Below, piece by piece: positions 39,901 to 53,967 of a stretch of DNA of 64,000 nt. Location: NCBI RefSeq assembly GCF_058153355.1, contig NZ_CM177019.1; one strand, 5' to 3'. Positions within the stretch are counted from its first letter, which is position 1. Every line of letters starts with the position of its first letter. The notes under the pieces were generated by a model. It did no database searches, was not told the DNA's origin, and worked only from the letters and a program-made list of their open reading frames with translations. A program made the position numbers and the translations under genes.

Positions 39901-39974
39901 GGCGCGTTAACAAAGCGGTTATGTAGCGGATTGCAAATCCGTCTAGTCCGGTTCGACTCCGGAACGCGCCTCCA
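39901..39974 (+). tRNA. cysT: tRNA-Cys (GCA)
   Basis: ggcgcgttaacaaagcggttatgtagcggattGCAaatccgtc...ggttcgactccggaacgcgcctcca; 74 nt. Confidence 0.93.
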
Positions 39975-39986
39975 CTTTCTTCCCGA

Positions 39987-40073
39987 GCCCGGATGGTGGA
40001 ATCGGTAGACACAAGGGATTTAAAATCCCTCGGCGTTCGCGCTGTGCGGGTTCAAGTCCCGCTCCGGGTACCA
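39987..40073 (+). tRNA. leuZ: tRNA-Leu (UAA) with long variable arm
   Basis: gcccggatggtggaatcggtagacacaagggattTAAaatccc...gggttcaagtcccgctccgggtacca; 87 nt. Confidence 0.93.
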
Positions 40074-40117
40074 TGGGAAAGATAAGAATAAAATCAAAGC
40101 AATAAGCAGTGTCGTGA

Positions 40118-40141
40118 AACCACCTTCGGGTGGTTTTTTTG
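40118..40141 (+). terminator. Rho-independent terminator of the tRNA operon
   Basis: aaaccacc ttcg ggtgg hairpin followed by a T run of 7. Confidence 0.85.
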
Positions 40142-40268
40142 TACCTGCAACTTGTCGTTACACCCTCCTTAATTTTTAATCACCGGCAAAGCCACTCAAA
40201 AAGTATCTCTGATACGGACCGACATGTAAGATAGGTGTTGGCGAGTTGAGATCCACAAGGAAAAGCGT

Positions 40269-40934
40269 ATGAAAACGGAACCGTTAAACGAAAGTGAGTT
40301 GGAATGGCTGGACGATATTCTGACCAAATACAACACTGACCACGCCATTCTTGATGTGGCGGAGCTGGACGGGTTATTGACGGCGGTGTTGAGCTCTCCG
40401 CAAGAGATTGAACCGGCACAGTGGCTGGTTGCCGTATGGGGTGGGGCTGACTATGTGCCACGCTGGGCGTCAGAGAAAGAGATGACGCGCTTTATGAACC
40501 TGGCTTTTCAGCATATGGCCGATACCGCAGAGCGTCTGAACGAATTCCCGGAGCAGTTTGAGCCGTTATTCGGCTTGCGAGAAGTCGATGGCAGCGAGCT
40601 GACGATTGTTGAGGAGTGGTGCTTTGGCTATATGCGGGGCGTGGCACTTTCTGACTGGTCAACGTTGCCCGATTCGTTAAAACCGGCGCTGGAGGCGATT
40701 GCGCTGCACGGTACTGAGGAAAACTTCGAGCGGGTAGAGAAGATGTCGCCAGAAGCGTTTGAAGAGAGCGTAGATGCCATTCGACTGGCGGCACTTGATT
40801 TACATGCATACTGGATGGCGCATCCGCAGGAAAAAGCTGTTCAGCAACCAATCAAAGCAGAAGAGAAACCGGGTCGTAACGATCCTTGTCCGTGCGGCAG
40901 TGGTAAGAAATTTAAGCAGTGCTGCCTGCATTAA
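40269..40934 (+). CDS. yecA: YecA (UPF0149 domain with C-terminal SEC-C metal-binding motif)
   Basis: 221-aa ORF ending [13 protein letters not shown]. Confidence 0.88.
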   Translation: MKTEPLNESELEWLDDILTKYNTDHAILDVAELDGLLTAVLSSPQEIEPAQWLVAVWGGADYVPRWASEKEMTRFMNLAFQHMADTAERLNEFPEQFEPLFGLREVDGSELTIVEEWCFGYMRGVALSDWSTLPDSLKPALEAIALHGTEENFERVEKMSPEAFEESVDAIRLAALDLHAYWMAHPQEKAVQQPIKAEEKPGRNDPCPCGSGKKFKQCCLH

Positions 40935-40983
40935 GAGGTCAAATTGGGTGTCAGCGTTAATTCTGGCACCCAATAAGATCTAA

Positions 40984-42195
40984 TCATCCCACTTCTGGTA
41001 ACAAGCCTGCCGCAATCAAAAATTGCGCGCCAATCACAGCAATACCACAGAGAAACACCACCACCAGCGCCGGACGACCACCTTTCACCCGGTAACCCGC
41101 CTGAGGATTGTGTTTTCTGCTTTGCCAGGTCAACAGCGAAGGGATAATCAATGCCAGTACCGCCAGCGCCACACCGGCGTAACCCAGCGCCATTACAAAT
41201 CCTCGTGGATAAAACAGTGCAAACGCTAACGGCGGCAGAAAGGTAATTGCACCAGTTTGCAATCGTCCACCAACGGTATTTGAACGCTGAAACAAATCTG
41301 CCTGATAATCAAATAAACCTAACGCAACGCCGAGGAATGACGTGGCGAGGGCTAAATCAGCAAATAAATGCACCGCCAGCTCAACATGCGGAGAGGCCAC
41401 CATTTCGCGTAACGCCTGTAACAGCCCGTTTAATCCGGCATGATTAGCCAGCAATCCCATAAAGGTTGTTGAATCAATGCTGCCAAGCGTCGCCAGCTGC
41501 CAGAAAATATATGCCACCAGGGGGATCGCACTACCGGTTATAAACACCCAGCGTAGCTTACGAATATTGCCATCCATATAACTGACAATGCTCGGCACGC
41601 TGCCGTGAAAACCAAACGACGTAAAAATCACCGGGATTGCAGACAGTGCCAGCCCCTGTTGCAATGGCAGGGTTAAAAGATTCACCTTGTGAATATGCGG
41701 AAGCAGCAGTACCAGCATTACCACCAGAAAAATAATTTTGGCGCTGAACAGAAAACGGTTAAATAAATCGACCAGCGAAGTTCCAACACAAACCACGCCA
41801 CCGGCAACAAAAGTGAACAACAGCACGCCAGCGGTTGCCGACATTGAAATACCTGTCCAGTCGCTGATGCTGGAAGCCAACAATTCACCAGCACCGCTGA
41901 TGTATGCCGCAGTCAGAGCATACATTAAGAACATCATACTGAAGCCCGTCAGCCACTGACCGTAGCGTCCCAGATAGCGTTTTGCCAGCGTGCCCAGACC
42001 GGTATCTGCCGGGACATGCTGGTACACCTCCAGTAGTAATAGCGCCGTGTAGCACATCAACGCCCAAAGCCCAATCAACAAGATTAACGTGACGCTAAAA
42101 CCAACACCTGCCGCAGCCAGCGGCATTGCCAGCATGCCTGCGCCAATTGTGGTTCCCGCCACGATAAAAACACTTCCCAGAGTTCTGTTTTTCAC
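40984..42195 (-). CDS. tyrP: Tyrosine-specific transporter TyrP
   Basis: 403-aa polytopic aromatic amino acid permease-family ORF. Confidence 0.92.
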   Translation of the reverse strand: MKNRTLGSVFIVAGTTIGAGMLAMPLAAAGVGFSVTLILLIGLWALMCYTALLLLEVYQHVPADTGLGTLAKRYLGRYGQWLTGFSMMFLMYALTAAYISGAGELLASSISDWTGISMSATAGVLLFTFVAGGVVCVGTSLVDLFNRFLFSAKIIFLVVMLVLLLPHIHKVNLLTLPLQQGLALSAIPVIFTSFGFHGSVPSIVSYMDGNIRKLRWVFITGSAIPLVAYIFWQLATLGSIDSTTFMGLLANHAGLNGLLQALREMVASPHVELAVHLFADLALATSFLGVALGLFDYQADLFQRSNTVGGRLQTGAITFLPPLAFALFYPRGFVMALGYAGVALAVLALIIPSLLTWQSRKHNPQAGYRVKGGRPALVVVFLCGIAVIGAQFLIAAGLLPEVG

Positions 42196-42385
42196 GCTTT
42201 CTTCTGTCCTGACGATCTTTATGAGTGATATCTGCGGCGCAGGTTAAGGCATAACGGCTGCTTCGTCAAACCGGCGTTACATATGGTGTAAATATAAATG
42301 TACAATAAAATGCGTTCAGTCCTGCGCTGGCGCAAAGTCTTGGTAAGCGGCAATCGCTACGCTAGCCTTTTTTTGAGGAGGAACG

Positions 42386-42625
42386 ATGGACTCTATTCAC
42401 GGTCATGAAGTGTTAAATATGATGATTGAATCAGGTGAGCAATATACGCATGCCAGTCTGGAAGCTGCGATTAAAGCGCGTTTTGGTGAACAGGTACGTT
42501 TTCACACTTGCTCGGCAGAAGGGATGACAGCGGGAGAGCTGGTAGCGTTTCTGGCAGCAAAAGGCAAATTTATACCTTCGGAAGAAGGTTTTTCGACCGA
42601 TCAGAGTAAGATTTGCCGTCACTGA
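42386..42625 (+). CDS. yecH: Small protein YecH
   Basis: 79-aa ORF; synteny between tyrP and ftnA. Confidence 0.7.
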   Translation: MDSIHGHEVLNMMIESGEQYTHASLEAAIKARFGEQVRFHTCSAEGMTAGELVAFLAAKGKFIPSEEGFSTDQSKICRH

Positions 42626-42662
42626 TTTGAAACGGCGGCAGTAAACCTGCCGCCGGAGAACA

Positions 42663-43160
42663 TTAGTTTTGTGTGTCGAGGGTAGAGAGTTCTTTGTCGA
42701 TAAAATACAAACCTTCGCCGCTTTTGCCTGCCAGGCTTAATTTATCAATAATCGATTTGAACAGTTTCTCTTCTTCATGCTGCTCAGAAACATACCATTG
42801 CAGGAAATTAAATGTTGGGTAGTCCTGATTGGTCATTGCAGCATGAGCCAGTTCGTTAATTTTCTGCGTGATTAATTGTTCGTGTTTATAGGTTTCCTGG
42901 AATAATTCATCAAGTGAAGAATATTCAGCAAACGGAGATTCAACGGTATTAATACGCGGTAAGTTTCCGGTATCAGTCAGGTAATCAAACAGACGCTGCA
43001 TATGCGTCATCTCTTCCTGGGCGTGGCGGCGCAGGAACGCGGCAGCACCTTCGAAGGTATGATAGCTGCACCAGGCGCTCATTTGCTGATAAAGCAGTGA
43101 AGAGTACAGTTCCAGGTTCATCTGCTCATTAAGTTTTTCAATCATTTCTGGTTTCAGCAT
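42663..43160 (-). CDS. ftnA: Ferritin FtnA (165 aa from [10 protein letters not shown])
   Basis: Ferritin-like ORF trimmed to the canonical start. Confidence 0.9.
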
Positions 43161-43331
43161 GATAGTGCTCCACAAAGGTTATATTTGTTGCTGTGGCGTC
43201 ACTATAATTTGTTATTTTATTATTTGCAAAAGGTAAAATATAAACTTCATTTATTAAAAATACGAATGGGAATAAAACGCATTACCGCTATTTATTTAAT
43301 CAGCGAAGATCCCCCTCGCTGATTAAAACGT

Positions 43332-43655
43332 TTAGAGAAAGACAGGGAAGGCGGAATGATGGCACTGATATGACAAAGTGAATTCCGTATTCAAACATAA
43401 GGAACCCGCAAAGAGGCTACAGTTGCCTACTGGCTGACCAAAGGGGATAGCGTGGGTATAGCCTTCCTGCTGGCATGCGCGATCGGCGATCCCGCGACTG
43501 ACATAACGATCGGTACGGGCATGCTGCAAAAAAGCCTGATCATAAACCAACCGAACAATACCTGTTGCCGCGTCAACTTCGCCCACATGAGCCTGGCGAG
43601 TAACTGTGCACCCCGCCAGCGTTATTAATGAAAGAGTCAGAATCAGAAGTCTCAT
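43332..43655 (-). CDS. yecR: Lipoprotein YecR
   Basis: 107-aa ORF with lipobox (LAGC); synteny. Confidence 0.6.
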   Translation of the reverse strand: MRLLILTLSLITLAGCTVTRQAHVGEVDAATGIVRLVYDQAFLQHARTDRYVSRGIADRACQQEGYTHAIPFGQPVGNCSLFAGSLCLNTEFTLSYQCHHSAFPVFL

Positions 43656-43819
43656 GGTCCAGCCAGAAGAGTAAAAGAAAGCAGTATTTTACGCGTTACA
43701 GCGCTGCGACAATGGCCGGAAAAGACGCCTGGCAGGCGCTATTTCTCGCCATCTGTATGTGTCAGAAATGGGGGTGCTGCTTTTTGATTATCATTTTTAT
43801 AACATTAAAGGGGTATTTG

Positions 43820-43835
43820 TGTGATTTGCATCACA
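43820..43835. promoter_or_regulatory. CRP-type palindrome TGTGATTTGCATCACA upstream of azuC
   Basis: Perfect TGTGA-N6-TCACA half-sites about 85 bp upstream of the azuC ATG. Confidence 0.6.
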
Positions 43836-43917
43836 TAAAGATTGATTTTTGTGATGGTTGTCATATTATAAGTGCAAAGACAATAACACCTGCATAACAA
43901 ATAGTCGGAGTGCCGCG

Positions 43918-44004
43918 ATGAAACTGCGCAAGATCCTGAAAAGTATGTTCAATAACTATTGCAAGACGTTCAAAGACGTACCGCCAGGCAATATGTTCAG
44001 ATAA
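43918..44004 (+). CDS. azuC: Small membrane-associated protein AzuC (28 aa); its mRNA is also the AzuCR/IsrB regulatory RNA
   Basis: atgaaactgcgcaagatcctgaaaagtatgttcaataactattgcaagacgttcaaagacgtaccgccaggcaatatgttcagataa encodes MKLRKILKSMFNNYCKTFKDVPPGNMFR; followed by terminator hairpin aaaaacctgctccggcaggttttttt. Confidence 0.8.
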   Translation: MKLRKILKSMFNNYCKTFKDVPPGNMFR

Positions 44005-44118
44005 CAAAAAACCTGCTCCGGCAGGTTTTTTTGTGTCCTGATGACGGTGGTTGTGACTATCGCTGAAGAAGTGAAGCCGCTACTATAACGGCTTTCAAAA
44101 TGCTATCAGGAGTTTACG

Positions 44119-44370
44119 ATGTCCCAGCCGCTGAATGCCGATCAGGAACTGGTTTCTGACGTGGTTGCTTGCCAGTTGGTTATCAAACAAATTCTCGACG
44201 TTCTGGATGTAATCGCGCCCGTTGAAGTTCGCGAAAAAATGTCCAGCCAGCTGAAGAATATCGACTTTACTCACCATCCCGCCGCCGCAGACCCGGTCAC
44301 CATGCGGGCAATCCAAAAAGCCATCGCGCTGATTGACCTCAAGTTTACCCCACAGGGCGAATCCCATTAA
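44119..44370 (+). CDS. yecJ: Small protein YecJ
   Basis: 83-aa ORF; synteny. Confidence 0.7.
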   Translation: MSQPLNADQELVSDVVACQLVIKQILDVLDVIAPVEVREKMSSQLKNIDFTHHPAAADPVTMRAIQKAIALIDLKFTPQGESH

Positions 44371-44447
44371 AAAACCGCTGCTTCAAAAAGATGAGGCAGC
44401 GGTTTCTCAAAAACTTCATCGGCGCAATGCATTAGCGCCGATGATGA

Positions 44448-44951
44448 TCAATGCAGCTGATGCGACACGACATTCAGAACATGTTGGTCGGTCTGCACAG
44501 GGCACATACCAGCAAGTTTCGCACTGCGCACTTCATCAAGAATGGTTTGCAGCAACAGGCCATCATGCTGCTGCTCTTTTTCCAGATCGCGCAGGAAATT
44601 GACGGTTGAATCATCATTCAGTTCTTTAGCTTCATCGGCTAACTGTGCCAGCGTGCTTGAACGTTGCTCGTATTCTTCCATCGTTTTTTGGAAAAGTTCT
44701 TCCAGTGAGTTCAGTTTTTCACCGGGAACATCAATGGCTTTAACAATGGGAGTAGCGCCGACACTCTTCATAAAGTTAAACATGCGCATCATTTGGGTCA
44801 CGTTACTCTGTGCCTGGGCGCGAAGGAAAGTGGCGGTGCCGTTCAGACTCTGTTCAGAACACCAGTTACTCAGGTGAAGGTAGAGATTGGATGCGTAAAA
44901 CTCGCGGTTCATTTGAGAGTTGAGTTTGAGAAGCATTCCAGCGGTTGCCAT
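44448..44951 (-). CDS. ftnB: Ferritin-like protein FtnB (YecI)
   Basis: 167-aa ORF paralogous to ftnA. Confidence 0.88.
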   Translation of the reverse strand: MATAGMLLKLNSQMNREFYASNLYLHLSNWCSEQSLNGTATFLRAQAQSNVTQMMRMFNFMKSVGATPIVKAIDVPGEKLNSLEELFQKTMEEYEQRSSTLAQLADEAKELNDDSTVNFLRDLEKEQQHDGLLLQTILDEVRSAKLAGMCPVQTDQHVLNVVSHQLH

Positions 44952-45747
44952 ACCTAATATCCTTATATCCAGAAGTGGAGAGGTGCAAGATAAATCAAAA
45001 CACCATAATTACTGTTTGCAGAATAATTCCTTTCTGCCGGTCCGAAATGTGATCGTGGAGTCAATTCTGACGATGATCTGAAATAAGAATAACGTCTGAA
45101 CGGGTATAAGAAAATGCTTAAATCATCAAGTTTATATATTTTTACATTTCATTGATGAAATCAATGTAACTGCAATGAATTTTAATGATGATGCTTTTTG
45201 TATCTTGTTGATATTAATAGGGGGATTTGAATTCATGATGAAGAAATGATTTTTTAAAACATTTTTTCATTTTTGCGATATGGCTCTCAGTATACGTGTT
45301 CTGTTAATTAATGAGCACGGTGATAATTAATGGCGAAATGAATGACGCTCATTTTCCACCTCTTTGAGTTGCGGTTATTACACCATTTCAAAAGCTCAAC
45401 GCCAGGTAATGTGGCCAATTGACTGGTTAAAAAGAAGACGTTCCGCATGGGTACCAAAGACAACAAGGATTTCCAGGCTAATCTTATGGATTAATCTGCT
45501 GCGTGCTCGGTGATTTGTCTGACAAATAAGCTTTTACTTATGTCTTTTCCCGCTAAATTTATGCACGTTCTCACTGTAATTCTGCGATGTGATATTGCTC
45601 TCCTATGGAGAATTAATTTCTCGCTAAAACTATGTCAACACGGTCACTTATCTTTTAGTTAAAAGGTAATGCTTTGTTTTCCGATTAATTTAACGAAAGT
45701 CATTCGTTTTTGCCCTACACAAAACGACACTAAAGCTGGAGAGAACC

Positions 45748-46743
45748 ATGCACAAATTTACTAAAGCCCTGGTAGCCATTGGTCTGGCAGCCGTTATGTC
45801 ACAATCCGCTATGGCGGAGAACCTGAAGCTCGGTTTCCTGGTGAAGCAACCGGAAGAGCCGTGGTTCCAGACCGAATGGAAGTTTGCCGATAAAGCCGGG
45901 AAGGATTTAGGGTTTGAAGTTATTAAGATTGCCGTGCCGGATGGCGAAAAAACATTGAACGCTATCGACAGCCTGGCTGCCAGTGGCGCGAAAGGTTTCG
46001 TTATTTGTACTCCGGACCCGAAACTCGGCTCTGCCATCGTGGCGAAAGCGCGTGGCTACGATATGAAAGTCATTGCCGTGGATGACCAGTTTGTTAACGC
46101 CAAAGGCAAGCCAATGGATACCGTTCCGCTGGTGATGATGGCAGCGACCAAAATTGGCGAACGTCAGGGCCAGGAACTGTATAAAGAGATGCAGAAACGT
46201 GGCTGGGATGTCAAAGAAAGCGCGGTGATGGCGATTACCTCCAACGAACTGGATACGGCTCGTCGCCGTACTACGGGTTCTATGGATGCGCTGAAAGCTG
46301 CAGGATTCCCGGAAAAACAAATTTATCAGGTACCTACCAAATCTAACGACATCCCCGGGGCATTTGACGCTGCCAACTCAATGCTGGTTCAACATCCGGA
46401 AGTTAAACATTGGCTGATCGTCGGTATGAACGACAGCACCGTGCTGGGCGGCGTACGCGCGACGGAAGGTCAGGGCTTTAAAGCGGCCGATATTATCGGT
46501 ATCGGTATCGGTATTAACGGTGTGGATGCAGTAAGCGAACTGTCTAAAGCACAGGCAACCGGCTTCTACGGTTCCCTGCTGCCAAGCCCGGACGTACATG
46601 GCTATAAATCCAGTGAAATGCTTTACAACTGGGTAGCAAAAGACGTTGAACCGCCAAAATTTACCGAAGTTACCGACGTGGTACTGATCACGCGTGACAA
46701 CTTTAAAGAAGAACTGGAGAAAAAAGGTTTAGGCGGTAAGTAA
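45748..46743 (+). CDS. araF: Periplasmic L-arabinose-binding protein AraF
   Basis: 331-aa ORF with signal peptide (AVMSQSAMA). Confidence 0.93.
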   Translation: MHKFTKALVAIGLAAVMSQSAMAENLKLGFLVKQPEEPWFQTEWKFADKAGKDLGFEVIKIAVPDGEKTLNAIDSLAASGAKGFVICTPDPKLGSAIVAKARGYDMKVIAVDDQFVNAKGKPMDTVPLVMMAATKIGERQGQELYKEMQKRGWDVKESAVMAITSNELDTARRRTTGSMDALKAAGFPEKQIYQVPTKSNDIPGAFDAANSMLVQHPEVKHWLIVGMNDSTVLGGVRATEGQGFKAADIIGIGIGINGVDAVSELSKAQATGFYGSLLPSPDVHGYKSSEMLYNWVAKDVEPPKFTEVTDVVLITRDNFKEELEKKGLGGK

Positions 46744-46812
46744 TCTGCCGGAAAAATTCCCCTCTGCATGATGCAGAGGGGGTGTGAACGACCAGTGATT
46801 CACGGAGACGTT

Positions 46813-48327
46813 ATGCAACAGTCTACCCCGTATCTCTCATTTCGCGGCATCGGTAAAACGTTTCCCGGCGTTAAGGCGCTGACGGATATTAGTTTTGACT
46901 GCTATGCCGGTCAGGTTCATGCGTTGATGGGTGAAAATGGCGCAGGAAAATCAACTCTCTTAAAAATCCTCAGCGGCAACTATGCGCCAACCACGGGTTC
47001 TGTAGTGATTAATGGGCAGGAAATGTCCTTTTCCGACACAACCGCAGCACTTAACGCGGGTGTGGCGATTATTTACTAGGAACTGCATCTCGTGCCGGAA
47101 ATGACCGTCGCGGAAAACATCTATCTCGGCCAGCTGCCGCATAAAGGCGGCATTGTGAATCGCTCATTGCTGAATTATGAGGCGGGTTTACAACTTAAAC
47201 ATCTTGGTATGGATATTGACCCGGACACGCCGCTGAAATATCTCTCCATTGGTCAGTGGCAGATGGTTGAAATTGCCAAAGCGCTGGCGCGTAACGCCAA
47301 AATTATCGCCTTTGATGAGCCAACCAGCTCCCTCTCTGCCCGTGAAATCGACAATCTTTTCCGCGTTATTCGTGAACTGCGAAAAGAGGGGCGGGTGATC
47401 TTATACGTTTCTCACCGTATGGAAGAAATATTTGCCCTCAGCGATGCCATCACCGTCTTTAAAGATGGGCGTTATGTCAAAACCTTTACTGATATGCAGC
47501 AGGTTGACCACGACGCCCTGGTGCAGGCGATGGTCGGGCGCGACATCGGCGATATCTACGGTTGGCAACCGCGTAGTTATGGCGAGGAGCGGCTGCGTCT
47601 TGATGCTGTGAAAGCACCAGGCGTGCGTACGCCAATAAGTCTGGCGGTTCGCAGTGGAGAAATTGTCGGTCTGTTTGGTCTGGTCGGGGCAGGGCGTAGC
47701 GAATTAATGAAAGGCATGTTTGGCGGTACGCAAATCACCGCCGGTCAGGTTTATATCGACCAACGGCCGATTGATATTCGTAAACCGAGCCACGCTATTG
47801 CCGCAGGCATGATGCTCTGCCCGGAAGATCGCAAAGCGGAAGGCATTATTCCTGTGCACTCCGTTCGCGACAATATCAACATCAGTGCCAGACGCAAACA
47901 TGTGCTCGGCGGTTGTGTAATCAACAACGGTTGGGAAGAAAACAATGCCGATCACCACATTCGTTCGCTCAACATCAAAACGCCGGGCGCAGAGCAACTG
48001 ATCATGAATCTTTCAGGCGGAAATCAGCAAAAAGCCATTCTGGGCCGCTGGTTATCGGAAGAGATGAAGGTCATTTTGCTGGATGAACCTACGCGCGGCA
48101 TTGATGTTGGTGCTAAGCATGAAATTTACAACGTGATTTATGCGCTGGCAGCGCAGGGCGTGGCGGTGCTGTTTGCCTCCAGCGACTTACCCGAAGTCCT
48201 CGGCGTTGCCGACCGGATTGTGGTGATGCGGGAAGGCGAAATCGCCGGTGAATTGTTACACGAGCAGGCAGATGAGCGTCAGGCACTGAGCCTTGCGATG
48301 CCTAAAGTTAGCCAGGCAGTTGCCTGA
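46813..48327 (+). pseudogene. araG: Arabinose ABC transporter ATPase AraG interrupted by an in-frame amber codon (TAG at 47077..47079)
   Basis: Reading frame split into a 103-aa ORF (46768..47079, with Walker [10 protein letters not shown]) and a 411-aa ORF (47092..48327) in the same frame; the TAG sits where the recalled K-12 protein has Gln ([12 protein letters not shown]). Confidence 0.8.
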
Positions 48328-48341
48328 GTAAGGAGAGTATG

Positions 48342-51694
<3,353 letters not shown>

Positions 51695-51700
51695 GTGCGG

Positions 51701-52129
51701 TTAATCTCCCGTAAGTGGAACTAACAGCACATCGACCTCACTTGAGGCAATCACTCTTTTCGCCGAGCAGGATGCTCGCGAAAAGAAACTGTGATTGTGA
51801 TTACCGCAAATCACCAAATCGAAATGATGTTTGCGACAAACCTCCAGAATATGTTCGCTTAACTCACCGTAGGCAATAAACGTTTCGTCAACGGGATACC
51901 CCGCATCCTGAATTAACTTATCAAGAAAGCTTTGCGTTTCTTCCTGCATCACGCTGCGTAAATCTTCAAGCATCGGCGCGGCTAATTGATTGTACATTTC
52001 CGGGTCGGAAGCGAGAGTAATTAAACTGATGTGTCCCTTTACTGGCCTGGCGATAGATACCGCTTTTGCTAGCAGTTGCTGACTTTCCGGTGTAACCGCA
52101 ACGGCGACAAGAATATTGCTATAGCTCAT
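51701..52129 (-). CDS. uspC: Universal stress protein UspC
   Basis: 142-aa Usp-family ORF. Confidence 0.88.
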   Translation of the reverse strand: MSYSNILVAVAVTPESQQLLAKAVSIARPVKGHISLITLASDPEMYNQLAAPMLEDLRSVMQEETQSFLDKLIQDAGYPVDETFIAYGELSEHILEVCRKHHFDLVICGNHNHSFFSRASCSAKRVIASSEVDVLLVPLTGD

Positions 52130-52631
52130 AACCTGTTCCTTATTCTGTGAACTTCAGGTGACATTAAAGCTTTACTCCTAATGGAGAATCGACGCAATCC
52201 CAACTCAGTCAAACAGGTAAATATTAGTGTGATTATTAGTAAATACAATTAATCAATCACTCTCGGTGATCATATGATTTCAACTGTAATTATAAGAAAA
52301 TAATGTACTGATTCTCCATATCAAACAAGTGGTTAATATATGTAAAACATTTTATTAACATTAAGTTGATTGTTGCCTTTCTTTGTATTTAATTAGTTTG
52401 TTGTGCGGTAAGTGTCTGTTTAAAAATAGCTTATCGGGTATTGCATTAAAGCAATTATTTATAGCAGATGATTATTTACGGTGAGTTATTTTAACTGTGC
52501 GCAACATCCCATTTCGATTATTCCTGTTTCATTTTTACTTGCTATCGTAGCGAAAAACTTTTTAACAGATTGAAATACACCCAAAACAAAAGTATGACTT
52601 ATACATTTATGTTAAGTAATTGAGCGTTTTG

Positions 52632-52647
52632 TGTGATCTGCATCACA
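52632..52647. promoter_or_regulatory. CRP site TGTGATCTGCATCACA in the flhDC regulatory region
   Basis: Perfect TGTGA-N6-TCACA palindrome about 265 bp upstream of the flhD start; flhDC is a known CRP-activated class 1 operon. Confidence 0.75.
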
Positions 52648-52909
52648 CATTATTGAAAATCGCAGCCCCCCTCCGTTGTATGTGAGTGTAGTGACGAGTA
52701 AAGTTGCGTCGATTTAGGAAAAATCTTAGATAAGTGTAAAGAACCCCTTCTATTTGTAAGGACTTATTAAATCCAAAAAAGGGGCTCTGCCTATTGCAGC
52801 TTATCGCAACTATTCTAATGCTAATTATTTTTTACCGGGGCTTCCCGGCGACATCACGGGGTGCGGTGAGACCGCATAAAAATAAAGTTGGTTATTCTGG
52901 GTGGGAATA

Positions 52910-53260
52910 ATGCATACCTCCGAGTTGCTGAAACACATTTATGACATCAACTTGTCATATTTACTACTTGCACAGCGTCTGATTGTTCAGGACAAAGCGT
53001 CCGCAATGTTTCGTCTCGGCATAAATGAAGAAATGGCGACAACGTTAGCGGCACTGACTCTTCCGCAAATGGTTAAGCTGGCAGAAACCAATCAACTGGT
53101 TTGTCACTTCCGTTTTGACAGCCACCAGACGATTACTCAGTTGACGCAAGATTCCCGCGTTGACGATCTCCAGCAAATTCATACCGGCATCATGCTCTCA
53201 ACACGCTTGCTGAATGATGTTAATCAGCCTGAAGAAGCGCTGCGCAAGAAAAGGGCGTGA
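52910..53260 (+). CDS. flhD: Flagellar master regulator subunit FlhD (116 aa from [15 protein letters not shown])
   Basis: ORF 52901..53260 trimmed to the canonical start. Confidence 0.93.
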
Positions 53261-53262
53261 TC

Positions 53263-53841
53263 ATGAGTGAAAAAAGCATTGTTCAGGAAGCGCGGGATAT
53301 TCAGCTGGCAATGGAATTGATCACCCTGGGCGCTCGTTTGCAGATGCTGGAAAGCGAAACACAGTTAAGTCGCGGATGCCTGATAAAACTCTATAAAGAA
53401 CTGCGCGGAAGCCCACCGCCGAAAGGCATGCTGCCATTCTCAACCGACTGGTTTATGACCTGGGAACAAAACGTTCATGCTTCGATGTTCTGTAACGCAT
53501 GGCAGTTTTTACTGAAAACCGGCTTGTGTAATGGCGTCGATGCGGTAATCAAAGCCTACCGTTTATACCTTGAACAGTGCCCGCAAGCAGAAGAAGGACC
53601 GCTACTGGCATTAACCCGTGCCTGGACATTGGTACGGTTTGTTGAAAGTGGATTACTGCAACTTTCCAGCTGCAACTGCTGCGGCGGCAATTTTATTACC
53701 CACGCTCACCAGCCTGTTGGCAGCTTTGCCTGCAGCTTATGTCAGCCGCCATCCCGGGCAGTAAAAAGACGTAAACTTTCCCAGAATCCTGCCGATATTA
53801 TCCCACAACTGCTGGATGAACAGAGAGTACAGGCTGTTTAA
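53263..53841 (+). CDS. flhC: Flagellar master regulator subunit FlhC (192 aa)
   Basis: ORF with Zn-binding cysteines (CNCCGGNF...CSLC). Confidence 0.93.
   Translation: MSEKSIVQEARDIQLAMELITLGARLQMLESETQLSRGCLIKLYKELRGSPPPKGMLPFSTDWFMTWEQNVHASMFCNAWQFLLKTGLCNGVDAVIKAYRLYLEQCPQAEEGPLLALTRAWTLVRFVESGLLQLSSCNCCGGNFITHAHQPVGSFACSLCQPPSRAVKRRKLSQNPADIIPQLLDEQRVQAV
53772..53798 (+). promoter_or_regulatory. sigma28 promoter inside the 3' end of flhC, candidate class 3 promoter for motAB-cheAW
   Basis: TAAACTTT-N11-GCCGATAT matches the sigma28 consensus at 7/8 and 7/8 positions. Confidence 0.6.
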
Positions 53842-53865
53842 CTGATACGGTGTGGCGAAACATTC

Positions 53866-53899
53866 CAGCAGCGGTAACGACGTACCGCTGCTTTTTTTT
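53866..53899 (+). terminator. Rho-independent terminator after flhC
   Basis: gcagcggta acga cgtaccgctgc hairpin followed by a T run of 8. Confidence 0.75.
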
Positions 53900-53967
53900 C
53901 CCCCAATCGCGCGTTAACGTCTGACGACTGAACATCCTGTCATGGTCAACAGTGGAAGGATGATGTC

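Noticed and set aside
46768-48327. Two separate ABC ATPase genes in place of araG
   Set aside because: Both pieces are in the same frame and are separated by a single TAG at a conserved Gln position. This is one gene with a nonsense codon.
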